Shown: positions 47,575 to 59,940 of the stretch, piece by piece
How positions within the stretch are numbered: position 1 is the first letter of the stretch
Layout of the letters: every line of letters begins with the position of its first letter
DNA from: Neodothiora populina
Taxonomy: Eukaryota
Assembly (NCBI RefSeq): GCF_041146345.1
Contig: NW_027191413.1
Span: forward strand, 186,001 to 250,000
DNA: 64,000 nucleotides
Reading direction: 5' to 3'
Program-made: the position numbers and the translations under genes
The notes under the pieces: model-generated
What the model saw: only the letters and a program-made list of their open reading frames with translations
What the model was told of the DNA's origin: nothing
The model's database searches: none

Positions 47575-50500
47575 GGGGTAGCGAGCGTGGATTGACGTGT
47601 TTGAGTTGCTTGTACAGGTACTAAGGCTTTCCTCGACGCGATGGTTGGTTGATTGGTTACAGGGAAAAGACTGTCAGACGCGCGGCTCCTCTCGATATAT
47701 GGATTGGTTTTGTACGCAGTCAGGGAACATGAAATGCTGGATAGGCGGATCCGAAGATAGATTGGGATGCACAGCACTTAATAATAGATCCTTGGACCAA
47801 AAGTCGAATAGGAATGGTACCGGAGGTCAAGTCAGGTAAAGTACGAGCCAGTCCGCTTGGCAAATTCAAATAAAACGGTTGAAGGCGTTGACTTGTTCCA
47901 TGACAACTCTGACTACTAGGCCGACCGCATGGCCGTTGTATGGATCAGCGGGCGTGTAGACGTCTGGAGTAACCCCTAGCTCTCTATAAGTGCCCCGTAA
48001 CGCGAGAGTCCAGCGCTTTCTTGAAATTGAAGAATGTGGAAATGTACGCTCGAAATCAAAACAGTCGAAAGTCTCTCACATACCTCTGCCTACCATTGCA
48101 CGTGGGCGGTGTCTGCTCCCACGCGATCCAGCCTCGCTCCGAGGCTACTGTGCAGCTAACCTCGAAAGGATTTGACGTGGGTCTGGTCGTGGACCCCTCA
48201 AGGCCCCCTCTTATGAGTTTGGCGCAGAGTAGAGATACGAGCACTAATTATAACCGGACCTGTATAGCGTGATGGCATGACTTTGTCATCATTACGAGCA
48301 CGAGGAGCCGCATGGCTTGACATCCGCACTCGGAGTGTTGGTAATGATCACGGATGTATGGCATCGGCATGTCCATCTTCGACCTCAGTGGATCCATAAA
48401 TTCGTCGGTGTTATTCGACCTCCTTCGAAGGCGTTTAAGGGATGAGAGAAGGCGTTACTCGGGGGCAAACAGACAGCCAACGGCGGTTCCGGGTATTTTT
48501 TGGGACTTATCGCTTTAGACTCAGGGCCTCCAGATAGGCGATCCATGATTTCCCATGATTTTCACAAAAGAAAAGCTTCCGAGGCCTGTGGTCATTCTTG
48601 GTGGAAATTGGTCGCAAGCGTTAGAACTCTTTAGCGCAAAGTCTAGCTCACACGATCTAAGACTTGTGCATGTCCAGCTCCACTTGCCGTACCCGTAAAA
48701 AAAGTACGGGGTACTATAATCAAACGAATATATACCAAGGCAAAGTACAGTACACTCGCTCCTACAGCTGCATTGCTGATGTGACCAGGTACTATACCTT
48801 AAACCCTGGAGGAGCAAGTCATGGGCTATTGGCCAGTAATAGCGACGGAGAGCTGCGGATGGTACCGTAGCTCTGATGCGTTCATGGCGTGCTACCTTAC
48901 TCTATAATGTCACTGTTCATCTCTGTATAACCTTTAAGTAGAGTTAAACCAGAAAAACCTTGTACAGATTATGACAGAGCAGTAGCGACAAGTAAAGTTT
49001 CAGGTAGCACAGCATCGTGAGCCTCCACGATCTCTCCGACTCCAACACGTACCAATCGCTTTCCAGGTGACGACAACGAACTTGCATAGTTCGCCAACGG
49101 TATATGCAGCGGACTTGATAGATGGCGATAGGGAGATCGACACTCCCTACACAAGGGGACCGACTCCTGTCACGTTGTGCCATAGTAGAGCCTTCTCCCG
49201 AGAGAAAAACGTTTGACAGCTTGCTGGGACTGTTTAGATAAGGGTGAACAACTGGTGCTGCAGAAGTAGTACAGTATACCGTACAATGTCACGATGGGTC
49301 TCATAGGAGCTCCAAGCATGGGTCAAACTTGCGAAACTCGTACTAAGGGCATGATGGAAAATATCCTGGCCCCCTTACATGTGTCTCCGCCATCATGCTG
49401 CCTAGGGTCAGTCCCAAACTACCTCCTCGTGTATTCAAGAACGCGTTGTGACTTGTCATGCTAAGTTATGCACCAGCTTCGCTAAGGAGGTAAGTACCTG
49501 ACCAGCAGACCCTATGCAAGATCACCTAAATGATGGTACAAGTACTCTTGGAAGTAGTCATGTGATCGTATGCATACATTAGTATAGACAAGATGGAGAA
49601 GTCGTGTAGGTACTTCCAAGCAGCTGAGGCATGTACTTCACATCAAAAATCCTGGGCTATCTTGTCTGCCATCCTGCACTGAGACGGGCTACAATGACAC
49701 GGTCTTGACTTTCCGGACATAACAATTCTCAGCCACACTGCTTTATCAGAGGCATGGCAATCTATAGGTAGACAAAGCAACAACACAGCGTGGTCTGCCA
49801 ATAGGTATGGTAGTCTTCAGTATGTTCTTGACGCGTTGTGCGTGTTGTCAGAACCCGAACCCTTGCATGGGCCGATCAGTTGTTATTACGAAGAATGCCG
49901 AATATCGATGCGGACTGAATAGCGACATTGGACTTGAGAAATACTAGTGAGCCAACGCAGAACGAGTATTGTGAACCACATGTATCTTGAACCCCAATAA
50001 AGCAGAACACTCACTACATGCCATACGATCCACACTATCGATAAGGTACGACCAGTTCTACATCTGGATACTTCCAAGCAAGCTCAGCGACAAGAAGCCA
50101 AAACGTGTAGCTGAAGACGCAACGGCATACACGTGCTAAAATCCCTTTATCGCACGACGTTGGAGCTCCATAGCATTGGGAACACTACTCTCGGTCAGTC
50201 CTGCAAAGTCCTGCAATTTCACGATGGAAGAACAAGCGAGGACGTTACAAAAACGGCTTTTACTTGTGCTTTGAAATGATGGGGGCCTGAATGCTAACGG
50301 CGAGGGTATAGGAGTGCCATCACATTTGTCCCTGAAACACTCCAAATTGCGATGCTTGTGAGGTCTTCAATGGTTGCAGATTTCCATCTGTCTCATCTGC
50401 TAAGGACACAAGGTACAGTGGCGGTGTTGTCAGAACCCGAATAGTATCCGACTTCACCCCTGTCCCATCGTAGAGAGCTTATCGATTCAGCCTGCGAGAC

Positions 50501-51715
50501 ATCCTTCTCCTGGCTTACGTTCAACAAAAAGTAGGTAATCTTCAGAATTGCGACATCAAAACTGCCACTTGTGGCGCAATCTATCTTCTCAATTGGCAAG
50601 ATGCAATTTCACTGTTGCTCAGGACAATTGAAGTATAATGCGCATATTCTGCAATTCATCTTTTACTAGAGACTCGACAACACTTTGATGCTTTGCACGT
50701 CTTTAGTCATTGTCTGTCTGGCGGCAAGAGTGCGTGTTCGGTGTCGGGTCATCTAATGTGATGCCATGTCACATGAATCATCCCTCATCCCAGACCTGAA
50801 TGTCCAGTTTATCTCGAGGATACCGAGTGCATCTTTGCGAGATGGTGCCGCCGTTGCTCTGCTCACTGTACCATAGTTCCTATCATGATGGTGCCTTATT
50901 CATCTTCCAGTGTCAACCGTGCATATGAATTCTGTCATCTCAAACAAGCCACCCATATGATCGGAAGCTCATTCTGGCTCCTTGAGCTGTAGATGACGAT
51001 TCAGTACCCCCTACGCTGCTTGTGTGGAGAACCTTCAAGTATAGACCGCCGTGACCATCAGGTGCAACGTGCAGGTGCCTACTAATGAAATCGTGGAGAG
51101 CTTGATCTACAGGCACTGCGAGTCTGACAAGCTGATATGAGGTGGTCTATTGAGACAGTCCTTCGCGAAACCCATTGTGCGTACGGAGTAAATCAATAAT
51201 CAAAAGGGTGTAAAGTAAGGTAGCAAGGGACCCTACCATCCTCGTGAATTGACGCAAGCTATACGAAAATTCGATCCCTATCAGTGTGGGACGCCCGATC
51301 CGATAGGCCATCGTGGTCGTTCTGGAGAAGCGTTTGTGTAGTACTATGTGAATGCATGATCTTTTGGCACTCCGAAAAAGGCATCGATTACACATGGCTA
51401 GTATCCACAACGACAACATCTCGCTACAATTGCCTCGCCATGTTCAAGGGACTCTGACACAATAAGGTATTCGTCGAGGATATCGTCAGCGGAAGGCGAA
51501 CGGTTCCACGGCAATTCTGAAGGGTCTAGTCCAATGTTGCTCTTGGCGTCGGTCATTTCTGACTGCCGAAGTCGGGATGATGAGACTTCATTCCCACAAT
51601 CTGGGATGACTGCGACAGCTCTCGATCTTCCTTACAACACAATACACTCCAAGCCAAACACCAATTCTCCAAAACGAGGTCTGAAGCCCTCGGTAAAAAA
51701 CTCGTTCGCATCATC

Positions 51716-53023
51716 ATGTCTCTCGAAAAAGCATTCAACAAGCACCTGGACCTTGACGGCCACGAAATGCCACCTTCGCCCGCCTCCAGCTCGCCCAGCA
51801 GTGAGAAGAAATACAGCCTCGCGACCGAGCTCGTCTACACAGACGCTGGGGATCAATACAATGCCAGCTCGATGCCCATATACCAGTCTGCGACCTTCAA
51901 AGGAGAAGGAAACTCGTATGACTACACTCGCAGTGGCAACCCCACCAGAACCCACCTTGAGAGGCACATGGCCAAGATCATGAACGCCCATCGCGCGCTG
52001 GTCGTGTCGAGTGGTATGGCTGCCTTAGACGTCATCACTCGTCTTCTGAAGCCTGGTGACGAGGTTGTCACCGGTGACGATCTCTACGGTGGCAGCAACC
52101 GTCTCTTGAAGTTCCTCGGCACGCACGGAGGCATCATCGTCCACCACGTCGACACAACCACACCCGAGACTGTCGCTGCCGCTCTTTCCGAAAAGACGGC
52201 AATGGTGCTGCTCGAGACCCCTACCAACCCACTGATGAAGATTGTCGACATCCAGACTTTGTCTGCTCTGTCTCACAAGGCCAACCCCAACGCCATCGTG
52301 GTTGTTGACAACACCATGCTGTCGCCCTACCTGCAGAACCCGCTCGATCTTGGAGCAGACGTCGTGTACGAGAGCGGCACCAAGTACCTCTCTGGTCACC
52401 ACGACGTCATGGCTGGAGTCATCGCGACAAACAGCCCGGATCTGGGCGAGAAGCTTTACTTCCCCATCAATGCATCGGGATGCGGCTTGAGCCCCTTCGA
52501 CTCGTGGCTGCTACTCCGTGGAGTCAAGACCTTGGCCATTCGTATGGAGAAGCAACAGCAGAACGCAATGGCGATTGCTTCTTTCCTCGAAGGGCATGGA
52601 TTCAAGGTCCGCTATCCCGGCTTGAAGTCTCACCCGCAATACACTCTGCACTGGTCTCAGGCTCGCGGAGCAGGTGCGGTGCTTTCTTTCGAGACTGGCT
52701 CAATTGCCACGTCGGAGAGGATCGTGCAGGCAGCGAGACTCTTCGGTATCTCGGTCTCCTTTGGCTGCGTCAACAGCTTGATCAGTATGCCCTGCCGCAT
52801 GAGTCACGCCAGCATTGATCCAGCCACCAGGAAGGAGCGAGCGCTTCCAGAGGATATCATTCGCCTCTGCATCGGCATTGAAGACATCGGCGATCTACTC
52901 GATGATCTTCAGCAGGCTCTTGTTAGAGCAGGAGCAGTCACGATCACCCAAGATGGAATCGAGGCGCTCGAAGCTTCTGCGGGAGAGACCAAGCAAACTA
53001 CCAAGCTTACTGATGAACCATGA
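51716..53023 (+). CDS. STR3: Cystathionine beta-lyase (Str3/MetG-like), PLP-dependent
   Basis: PIYQSATF, YDYTRSGNPT, SSGMAA, ETPTNP, DNT, and the PLP lysine in ESGTKYLSGHHD. Confidence 0.93.
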   Translation: MSLEKAFNKHLDLDGHEMPPSPASSSPSSEKKYSLATELVYTDAGDQYNASSMPIYQSATFKGEGNSYDYTRSGNPTRTHLERHMAKIMNAHRALVVSSGMAALDVITRLLKPGDEVVTGDDLYGGSNRLLKFLGTHGGIIVHHVDTTTPETVAAALSEKTAMVLLETPTNPLMKIVDIQTLSALSHKANPNAIVVVDNTMLSPYLQNPLDLGADVVYESGTKYLSGHHDVMAGVIATNSPDLGEKLYFPINASGCGLSPFDSWLLLRGVKTLAIRMEKQQQNAMAIASFLEGHGFKVRYPGLKSHPQYTLHWSQARGAGAVLSFETGSIATSERIVQAARLFGISVSFGCVNSLISMPCRMSHASIDPATRKERALPEDIIRLCIGIEDIGDLLDDLQQALVRAGAVTITQDGIEALEASAGETKQTTKLTDEP

Positions 53024-54215
53024 TTTATAATGTAAAATTCGTGTACATTTCCTAGGGATCACTGGAAACGGGCAGGGTCATGTTAGAGTACATGTATACA
53101 ACACGAGAGATCTCAGTACTGCTGAATGAAAGATTCTCATTTCAATTTCCATTAATTATCCTCCGTACTTTATGAGATTGGAGATGGGGATGATCAATGA
53201 TGCAAATGCCAATGCTTCCTTAATTGCATGTTTCATACAGGCTTCTCCAACTCAATATCAGCTGTTACTAGGTGCACACATGACCGCCGTGGACATCGGC
53301 AGTAAGGCAAGCGCGAAAGCACGGCTATTTGCATGCGAGAAGGTAAGGTAAGGTAAGCGACTGAGTGCGGGCAAGTGAGGGGGCGCTCGGGTGAAATCGC
53401 ACTCCAGGGAACCATGAGGGGCAGCCCACAGCATAGCAGCAGCTTGATAAACTGTGAACTGTATGGGCCTATTTGTTTGCAAAGCTCACCAGATCTATCA
53501 GCTGATGATCAAAGTCAGAAGGATGGCACGGTTCAATCAGCGTGGACCAGAGGCTCCCGTCAGTACCTTATGACTGAGGCAGTGACGGAGGTCGGGAGGT
53601 GCGGCGTGCGGCCTCATCCTCATCCCATATTCCCGGACGTCATTGGATCACTTGGGGCACAAGACATCCCTCACTAAGGTCCCTCATACGGCCTGTGCAC
53701 AGCCGGATGTGGAGTACTGCGGAGCTGCCGAACCTAGACTGGGATTGGTGGCTCTTTCCCCGCACTGGTGTTTGGTCAGATTGTCTCCTTCCTCTGCGAC
53801 CCTCTCTCTCTTCCCCCAACAGCACTTATAACCGCAGGCATCGAGCTGTGAAGGGTTCGAGCAATTGATAAAGTACCGGAATAATACCTTGTATAATTAC
53901 CTCAAAGTAAGTGATCATTTTTCCATATCAATCATTCTCTTTTCTGGCGAGATGCACTTTGTATGATAGCATATCTGTGCAAACGTTCACGTTGGACGGC
54001 TTTCAAGATTCAGCCAAATGAGTGTGGTGATTACTGTGACTATTGGCGGTGTTCACCCCTCACAGTACCTTATCTACTGCCTTTTATCCGGCTCTCCGGC
54101 CCTTTTAGTGGATGCAGCGGGTACTAGGCGTCTGTATTGTGCCCATATTACCTTTCGTTGTCCTCTACGTCCCATCGCATGTGCGAGTCCGCTTACACTA
54201 TTCAGTCAGACAAAC

Positions 54216-57200
54216 ATGCTACAACCTCAGCTCAGGCAGGTCCAGGGCTTGAGGCCTATTCTTCGCTCACCTAGCAAGTGCACACCAGTAGCTGCGGCCT
54301 CGATATCCCCTCAGATCCGCGAGTACTCATGGAGCTGGTGTCACAAGCAAGGTGATTGGCTCAAGCCTGTAGACCCCGAACAAGATCGATTGATGCGACG
54401 GAGGAGCATCAATACCAAGGCGAAACTCACCAAGAAAGCACTCCAGTTTCAAGAGCAGAGAAAACGCTCTAGCAACGTTAGATGGAGTCCATTCTGCGTG
54501 CAAAGTGAGAATTGCAGCGAGACCAAGTCGTCGACTAGAGAAGGCGGAAAGCAGCGACTAGAAAAGCTGCGACGTGTCGTTGACGCAACACAATCCAAAG
54601 AGCCGTACTTGGCCATGTTCGGCAAGCGTATCAGCCCTTTCTGGGATCGCCCTATGCCAGACTATCTCAAGCAAGAAATGGCCTGGCAAACCCCTGTATC
54701 GAATGAGACACCTTCAGAATCAAATGCTCGAACGAGTGCTGGGCGGCAATCACATTCAGCATCTGCATCCTTCCGCATGCAATCATCACAGCGCAATGGT
54801 GCCGGACCCGAAGTAAGCGCTTCATATACATCTTGGGATTCAGCAACGAACCAAACAAGACGGGCTGCGTATGATCCCATCTCCGGTCGAATGGTCGATA
54901 CAACTGTCGAAGCGTCCCCATCATCGAGTGACATTTCGTCTTCAGGATCGTATCAGAAGACATCTATTCTTTCCACGCTTCCCAAAGACGACATTGATTT
55001 CCTTACTGCCTCTGATGTGCGTGCCTCGATGGGTAAGACCATGAAGCCAATCCAGCAAGATCTGGCTACTCGCACACAGCAGCTTGCAACGTTAGAGGAA
55101 GACTACAATCACAAGACACAGAATTTTGATTCTGAACATGAGGAGCTTGTCGCGGCCCGAAAGTCTCTTGAAGCTCTAAGGGCACAGATCCAGATCCTGG
55201 AGCGCAAAGCTCACTCGTCTACACTTATCAAACCAGAGGACGAAGACGACAGCGAAAGACTCGCGTTCTTCGAATCAGGATGGAATGACTCTCCGCAAGG
55301 TCTACAGACCGCCTTCATGACCGAAAAGGAAGCCTCGGAGCACGGCGAGAAGAAGTCACTGGAGCAGGAGATGAATGATCTGAATACTCCAGCTGTGCAG
55401 GACATCGATGATGGTTATGAACCACTACCGACGGGTATGCAGACGCAGTATGAGATGGAGAACTCCAACAAAGGGTCTACTCAAACCCTTGAAGAGGAGC
55501 TTGCTGCACTCGATAGACCATCGAATCCCGTCGTCGATGATGGCTATGGTACAGCACCAATTGGTATGCAGACGCTGTATGAGAAAGAGGCCGATGGCAC
55601 ACTGGAGCGCGAACTCGAGAAGAAAGAAGAGCGCCTCGAAGTAGACGACGGCTACTCCACTACACCGACCGGCATGCAGACCGCCTATGGCGAGGAAGAC
55701 TCCAAGTTTCTTGAGCTGGAACTGGGTGAGAAAGAGCTACGCCAAGAACACGATGATGGATACTCCACTGCTCCTACCGGCATGCAGAACCTCTACGAGA
55801 TGGAAGACGCTGGCACACTGGAACAAGAGCTGAACGAACGTCTCAAGCGTAAAGCACACGATGATGGATACTCCACGAACCCTATTGGTATGCAAACACT
55901 TTATACCCAGGAGATCGAAGGTGCACTTGCCAAAGAACTCGAAGATCGATCAATCGAAGGCGAACACGATGATGGGTACTCGAAAAAGCCTATTGGTCTG
56001 CAGACTGCATTCAGTGAAGAGAAGCAGCAACCAGCGATGACGCAACCGGAGGAGCCGCCCATCGATGGCGGCTATGCCACTATGCCGATCGGCCTACAGG
56101 TCCTTTTCAGACAAGAGCAGATCGAAGCGGAAGCCAACAAACGGAGATCGTTGGAAGATGAGCTCAAACTAGTGCGTACCAATTCGGCTCAAGTCCAACT
56201 CGATACTGAAATACAAACGCAGAAACCACAAATGCAGGCTCATGAAGATGGCGACTCTCGAGCGCGCATGGGTATGCAGAACTCTTTTGAGAAGGAACAG
56301 GAACTGGAAGGCATGCGAGGAGAGGGCGATATCTGCAGCAACGTCGGTAAGTTCTGCAACACCGGACGCTGGTATAAGCAATCGGCCTCGGACAATTTTT
56401 CTGAAGATATCCAAAAGGCACAACAAAGAACGAATGATCGTGCACTGGTTCAGGAGATCAGGGGCATCTACGAGAACCAGTACGGACCTATCACTGTCGA
56501 GCATGAACAATCGCAGCATTTCGCAAGTCTTCAGGATAATGTAGTCAACATCGAAGAGCCAACACATGACCGGACAGAGCCGGCCCGACCTTCAGAGGAC
56601 AACCGTCCCCCACAGGATCTGGAAAGCACGCGGACAATGATCGATGATGGCACTCCTCTCGAGGAGGCATCGACGCGACTGACCAAACCGCCAAGTTCCA
56701 ACATCAAATGGGCCGAGCCAGCGGTGTACAAAGTTGTTGCTTACGACGTACACAAGGAAGCTATATCGATTACAACGACCCCCTCGAACTATGCAAACAG
56801 TGACACGCCAATCTCAATCTCGAGCGCTTTGTCACGCCTGTATCAACCAGCTCGTTTCATTCCTCACTTTGCAGAACTACAGAAGGATGGTTACCAGGTC
56901 ATTAATGCCAGCCGAGACTGGTTGGTATTACGCAAAGTCGACAGAGGTGACCAAGATTCGTCTTCCGAAGCTGAGTCTATCATCAACCCAGTCGACCCAA
57001 ACATCACTAGACGTATTCCTTACGAAGAGCTGCCGACAGGTCGCTTCGCATCGCCTACTGGATTTGTCAATCACGACCCTATCTTCCCACCTGAACCATC
57101 ACAACCTGCACCTGGAGAGACGGTCACGGTTGAGATCCCTGTCCACGGTGGACCCGACGTTGAGCGCTATAGACACAGGCGCATCAGACGTGAGGAGCCA

Positions 57201-57368
57201 GTGTTTTCAGGTTCTAGGCGTTGGAAAGAGAGAAGACGTGAGCAAGGGTATGGGAGGCATGGTAGACGCAGATTCAGAGATCGCATCACCTGGGCACTGA
57301 GCGTCGGTGCGGCGACAGCTGTCTGTATGTACGCCGTTGGCGTTGTCGGCGAGCTCGCTAAGAAGTGA
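54216..57368 (+). CDS. Conserved fungal protein of unknown function; predicted mitochondrial presequence, internal tandem repeats and C-terminal TM anchor
   Basis: Intronless ORF of about 1050 aa. Arg-rich, acid-free N-terminus ending IREYS; YDPISGRM, GEGD, PTGRFASPTGF and IRREEPVFSG blocks; hydrophobic C-terminal helix. Confidence 0.8.
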   Translation: MLQPQLRQVQGLRPILRSPSKCTPVAAASISPQIREYSWSWCHKQGDWLKPVDPEQDRLMRRRSINTKAKLTKKALQFQEQRKRSSNVRWSPFCVQSENCSETKSSTREGGKQRLEKLRRVVDATQSKEPYLAMFGKRISPFWDRPMPDYLKQEMAWQTPVSNETPSESNARTSAGRQSHSASASFRMQSSQRNGAGPEVSASYTSWDSATNQTRRAAYDPISGRMVDTTVEASPSSSDISSSGSYQKTSILSTLPKDDIDFLTASDVRASMGKTMKPIQQDLATRTQQLATLEEDYNHKTQNFDSEHEELVAARKSLEALRAQIQILERKAHSSTLIKPEDEDDSERLAFFESGWNDSPQGLQTAFMTEKEASEHGEKKSLEQEMNDLNTPAVQDIDDGYEPLPTGMQTQYEMENSNKGSTQTLEEELAALDRPSNPVVDDGYGTAPIGMQTLYEKEADGTLERELEKKEERLEVDDGYSTTPTGMQTAYGEEDSKFLELELGEKELRQEHDDGYSTAPTGMQNLYEMEDAGTLEQELNERLKRKAHDDGYSTNPIGMQTLYTQEIEGALAKELEDRSIEGEHDDGYSKKPIGLQTAFSEEKQQPAMTQPEEPPIDGGYATMPIGLQVLFRQEQIEAEANKRRSLEDELKLVRTNSAQVQLDTEIQTQKPQMQAHEDGDSRARMGMQNSFEKEQELEGMRGEGDICSNVGKFCNTGRWYKQSASDNFSEDIQKAQQRTNDRALVQEIRGIYENQYGPITVEHEQSQHFASLQDNVVNIEEPTHDRTEPARPSEDNRPPQDLESTRTMIDDGTPLEEASTRLTKPPSSNIKWAEPAVYKVVAYDVHKEAISITTTPSNYANSDTPISISSALSRLYQPARFIPHFAELQKDGYQVINASRDWLVLRKVDRGDQDSSSEAESIINPVDPNITRRIPYEELPTGRFASPTGFVNHDPIFPPEPSQPAPGETVTVEIPVHGGPDVERYRHRRIRREEPVFSGSRRWKERRREQGYGRHGRRRFRDRITWALSVGAATAVCMYAVGVVGELAKK
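55272..56289 (+). repeat. Nine-copy coding tandem repeat [DE]DGY-x3-PxG[ML]QTx[YF], five copies at an exact 108-nt period
   Basis: Motif starts at 55272, 55407, 55536, 55644, 55752, 55860, 55968, 56064 and 56244. The string acacgatgatggatactccac is identical at 55748 and 55856. Confidence 0.92.
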
Positions 57369-58412
57369 AGAGAGCAAGAGGAGGACTAAATGGCTACCTT
57401 TCTCTGCGAGGCAGGCGTGCTTGTATGAGGAGGAATTGCTCGAGACGACGCTTTTTATGATTTGATGATTCGGTTTTACATTCGGGAGCCGCGAGATGCG
57501 ACTAGCATGAGAAGGCGTATAAGGTTGTCTGGAGGTTCTGACTGGCACTTTTGGGTACTAGTTGGGAAACTCATTCGTCGTCTTCTCCCCTCATTGCACC
57601 CTGTGTTTTGTTCTACCGCTCTATGTTTTATGTATGATTGTCAGGTAAACACGAATACCAAAGTCGGCTCTTCTCCAGATGACAACCACATTGTCAATCC
57701 CATGCCTAGAGCCACGTTACAGAGCACTAGTACTGGTGATTGGTGCATCCAGACTGTCCAAGAACTAAGCACGCAGCAACATAAGGTATTGTGTTGTACA
57801 TCTGGCTCGTCCAGCCCAGCGATGTCGGAGGGCGAAGTCCTTAGCTTATCTATGACCAAAAAGTAAACTGCGAAACGGCCGTGCGTCATTGGGGAAGTCG
57901 AGTCAAGTCGGCCATAGATGATGCAGATAATGTTTCTTACCTCGCCCTTTCTGTCTCCATGTCTTGAACCACTATATGGAGACATAGGAGAGAGTGTTGA
58001 TCGTGCCTGTGACCATCCAGTCGTGTCTTTCGTCTTACTCGTCCATTTCGCTTATATCGATTACCTGATTTGTTCATTGTGTGCAGTTTGACAAGTCAGT
58101 GGGTTGTACTCTGAACATCTTGCTGCTGCTTGTGATCGCAGCAACCAAATGATCGCGACGAGGCCACTCGGAAGTAACGAATACGGGTGCAGGTCAAGAC
58201 GACGTGGTTTAAGAGGCGGTTGTGCTTGAGGATTGGCAGGAAAGATTCGCAGCATATCCTGTGTGAGAATACATCCTTGAATACGACAATCCGGAAACAA
58301 CATATTCTACACTCCCGAGTTATCGAGATCCAAAAAATCAAGCGGAATTGAAACACAATTGGTTGATCCAGATCAACAAAACAACGAACATTGCGACCTC
58401 GCTCTACTGTCA

Positions 58413-59614
58413 ATGACTAGTGAGACCGACAAAATGGTCCAATCGCCCGCTGCCTCGCTGGAAAAGGCAGGCAGTGCTGTCGCCGCACGTGTCGACGACA
58501 TAAAAAACGTGGAGAAAGAGAAGGAAAGTCAATGGAACACGAGGAACCTGGGATCAAGACTCGGTGCTGATGCTGCTGCTGCTGTAACAGCAGGTGTGCT
58601 TGTTGCGCCTGTCATTACTATGATCGATAAGTATGTTCTCTTTCCCTTCCACCTGCTGTCGTCCCTAGTCCTTGTTTGTTTGTTTCTTTCATTCTCTGGT
58701 TCCTCGGGTGTTTCGGCAACTTGTGCAAGAATATGTTCATACAGAGCCCGCGGATGTATACATAAGGAAGCAACGTCGAAGTCAAGGTGGACGCATGTAG
58801 CACGAGCAATACCATTATCCACATTCACCATCAATCTATAACTCCCCAAGCCCCAGTCTTAGCTGTGAACACTTCTCCGAAGAAACAATCACTGACCGCC
58901 CCCTCCCCCAACAGAGCAATCATGGAAAATGCGTCCGGCCGCGCCGCCCTCGTGCCATCCCTGAAGTCATCTCTGAAATCCCTCCTCCTCAGACCCCACA
59001 CCTTCCTCCTCACGCGGCCCTTCTTCCTAGTATTCTCGCTATACACAACAACCTACCTAACAGCCAACACACTGGACACAGCAACGTCCACGATCCGCAA
59101 CACGCCGCCCTCAACAACAACAGCAGGAATGAACAAGTTCATCGCAACCTCGACCGCGAACCTCTCAATCTGTCTGTACAAAGACAGCCAATTCGCCAAA
59201 ATGTTCGGCGCAGCAAGCAGTTCCGCGCGGCCCGTGGGCGTAGCGAGCTACGCCCTCTTCACTATACGAGACTGCCTGACCATTTTCGCATCGTTCAATC
59301 TCCCGCCCATGATCGCGCCGCATCTGCCCGCCTCGCTGGACGGGCCCACGTCATCTCTCTCGCGCCTCGGCGTCGCGCAGTTCCTCGCTCCCGCCGGCCT
59401 GCAGCTCTTCTCGACGCCTCTGCACCTGCTGGGTTTGGACCTGTATAATCGTGCTGAATCGGTCGGCTGGAGAAGTCGCATGCTCAAGGTCGGCAAGGAT
59501 TGGTTGCCGTCTGCTATTGCGCGCATGGGACGGATTATTCCTGCTTTTGGTGTTGGGGGAGTCGTCAATACGGGGGTTAGGAGGGAACTGATGGGGAGGA
59601 TCGAGAGGGTTTGA
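58413..59614 (+). CDS. Conserved multi-pass membrane protein of unknown function; two exons
   Basis: Exon 1 ends GVLVAPVITMID; intron 58631-58914; exon 2 reads KAIMENASGR...TYLTAN...LYKDSQFAKMFG...YALFTIRDCLTIFASFNLP...QLFSTPLHLLGLDLYNR...RIIPAFGVGGVVN. Several hydrophobic helices and coding-like codon bias. Confidence 0.8.
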
Positions 59615-59940
59615 GTTTCGAGAGATGGAAAGAAGGATTACTTGATGATGACGATGTTTGGAAATGCTGCTTTGTTTGTTGGGTACTGTGGGATGGATTT
59701 CGTCCTATGTTGTGAGGACAAGAGTTTTCTTATGGCTAGGACTTCCGAAGGAGATGTTTTCTTATACAACGTGGACTGAGGGGGCAACTCCATTGGATTC
59801 TTGGTAGTTGTACTGTGGTACGTTTCTGGTATATAGCGCGCGTGCTGTGCCGATCGATAATGAACAGGAGTAACAACGTAAAGATCTACAGGTTCGAGAG
59901 CATATCTATATCCAGTGACCAATGATGCCATGCTATCGCT

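Noticed and set aside
54018..54215. N-terminal 66-aa extension of the long ORF 54018..57368
   Set aside because: ATG 54216 has a better context (CAAACATG) and begins a presequence-like segment; the upstream part looks like UTR or promoter.
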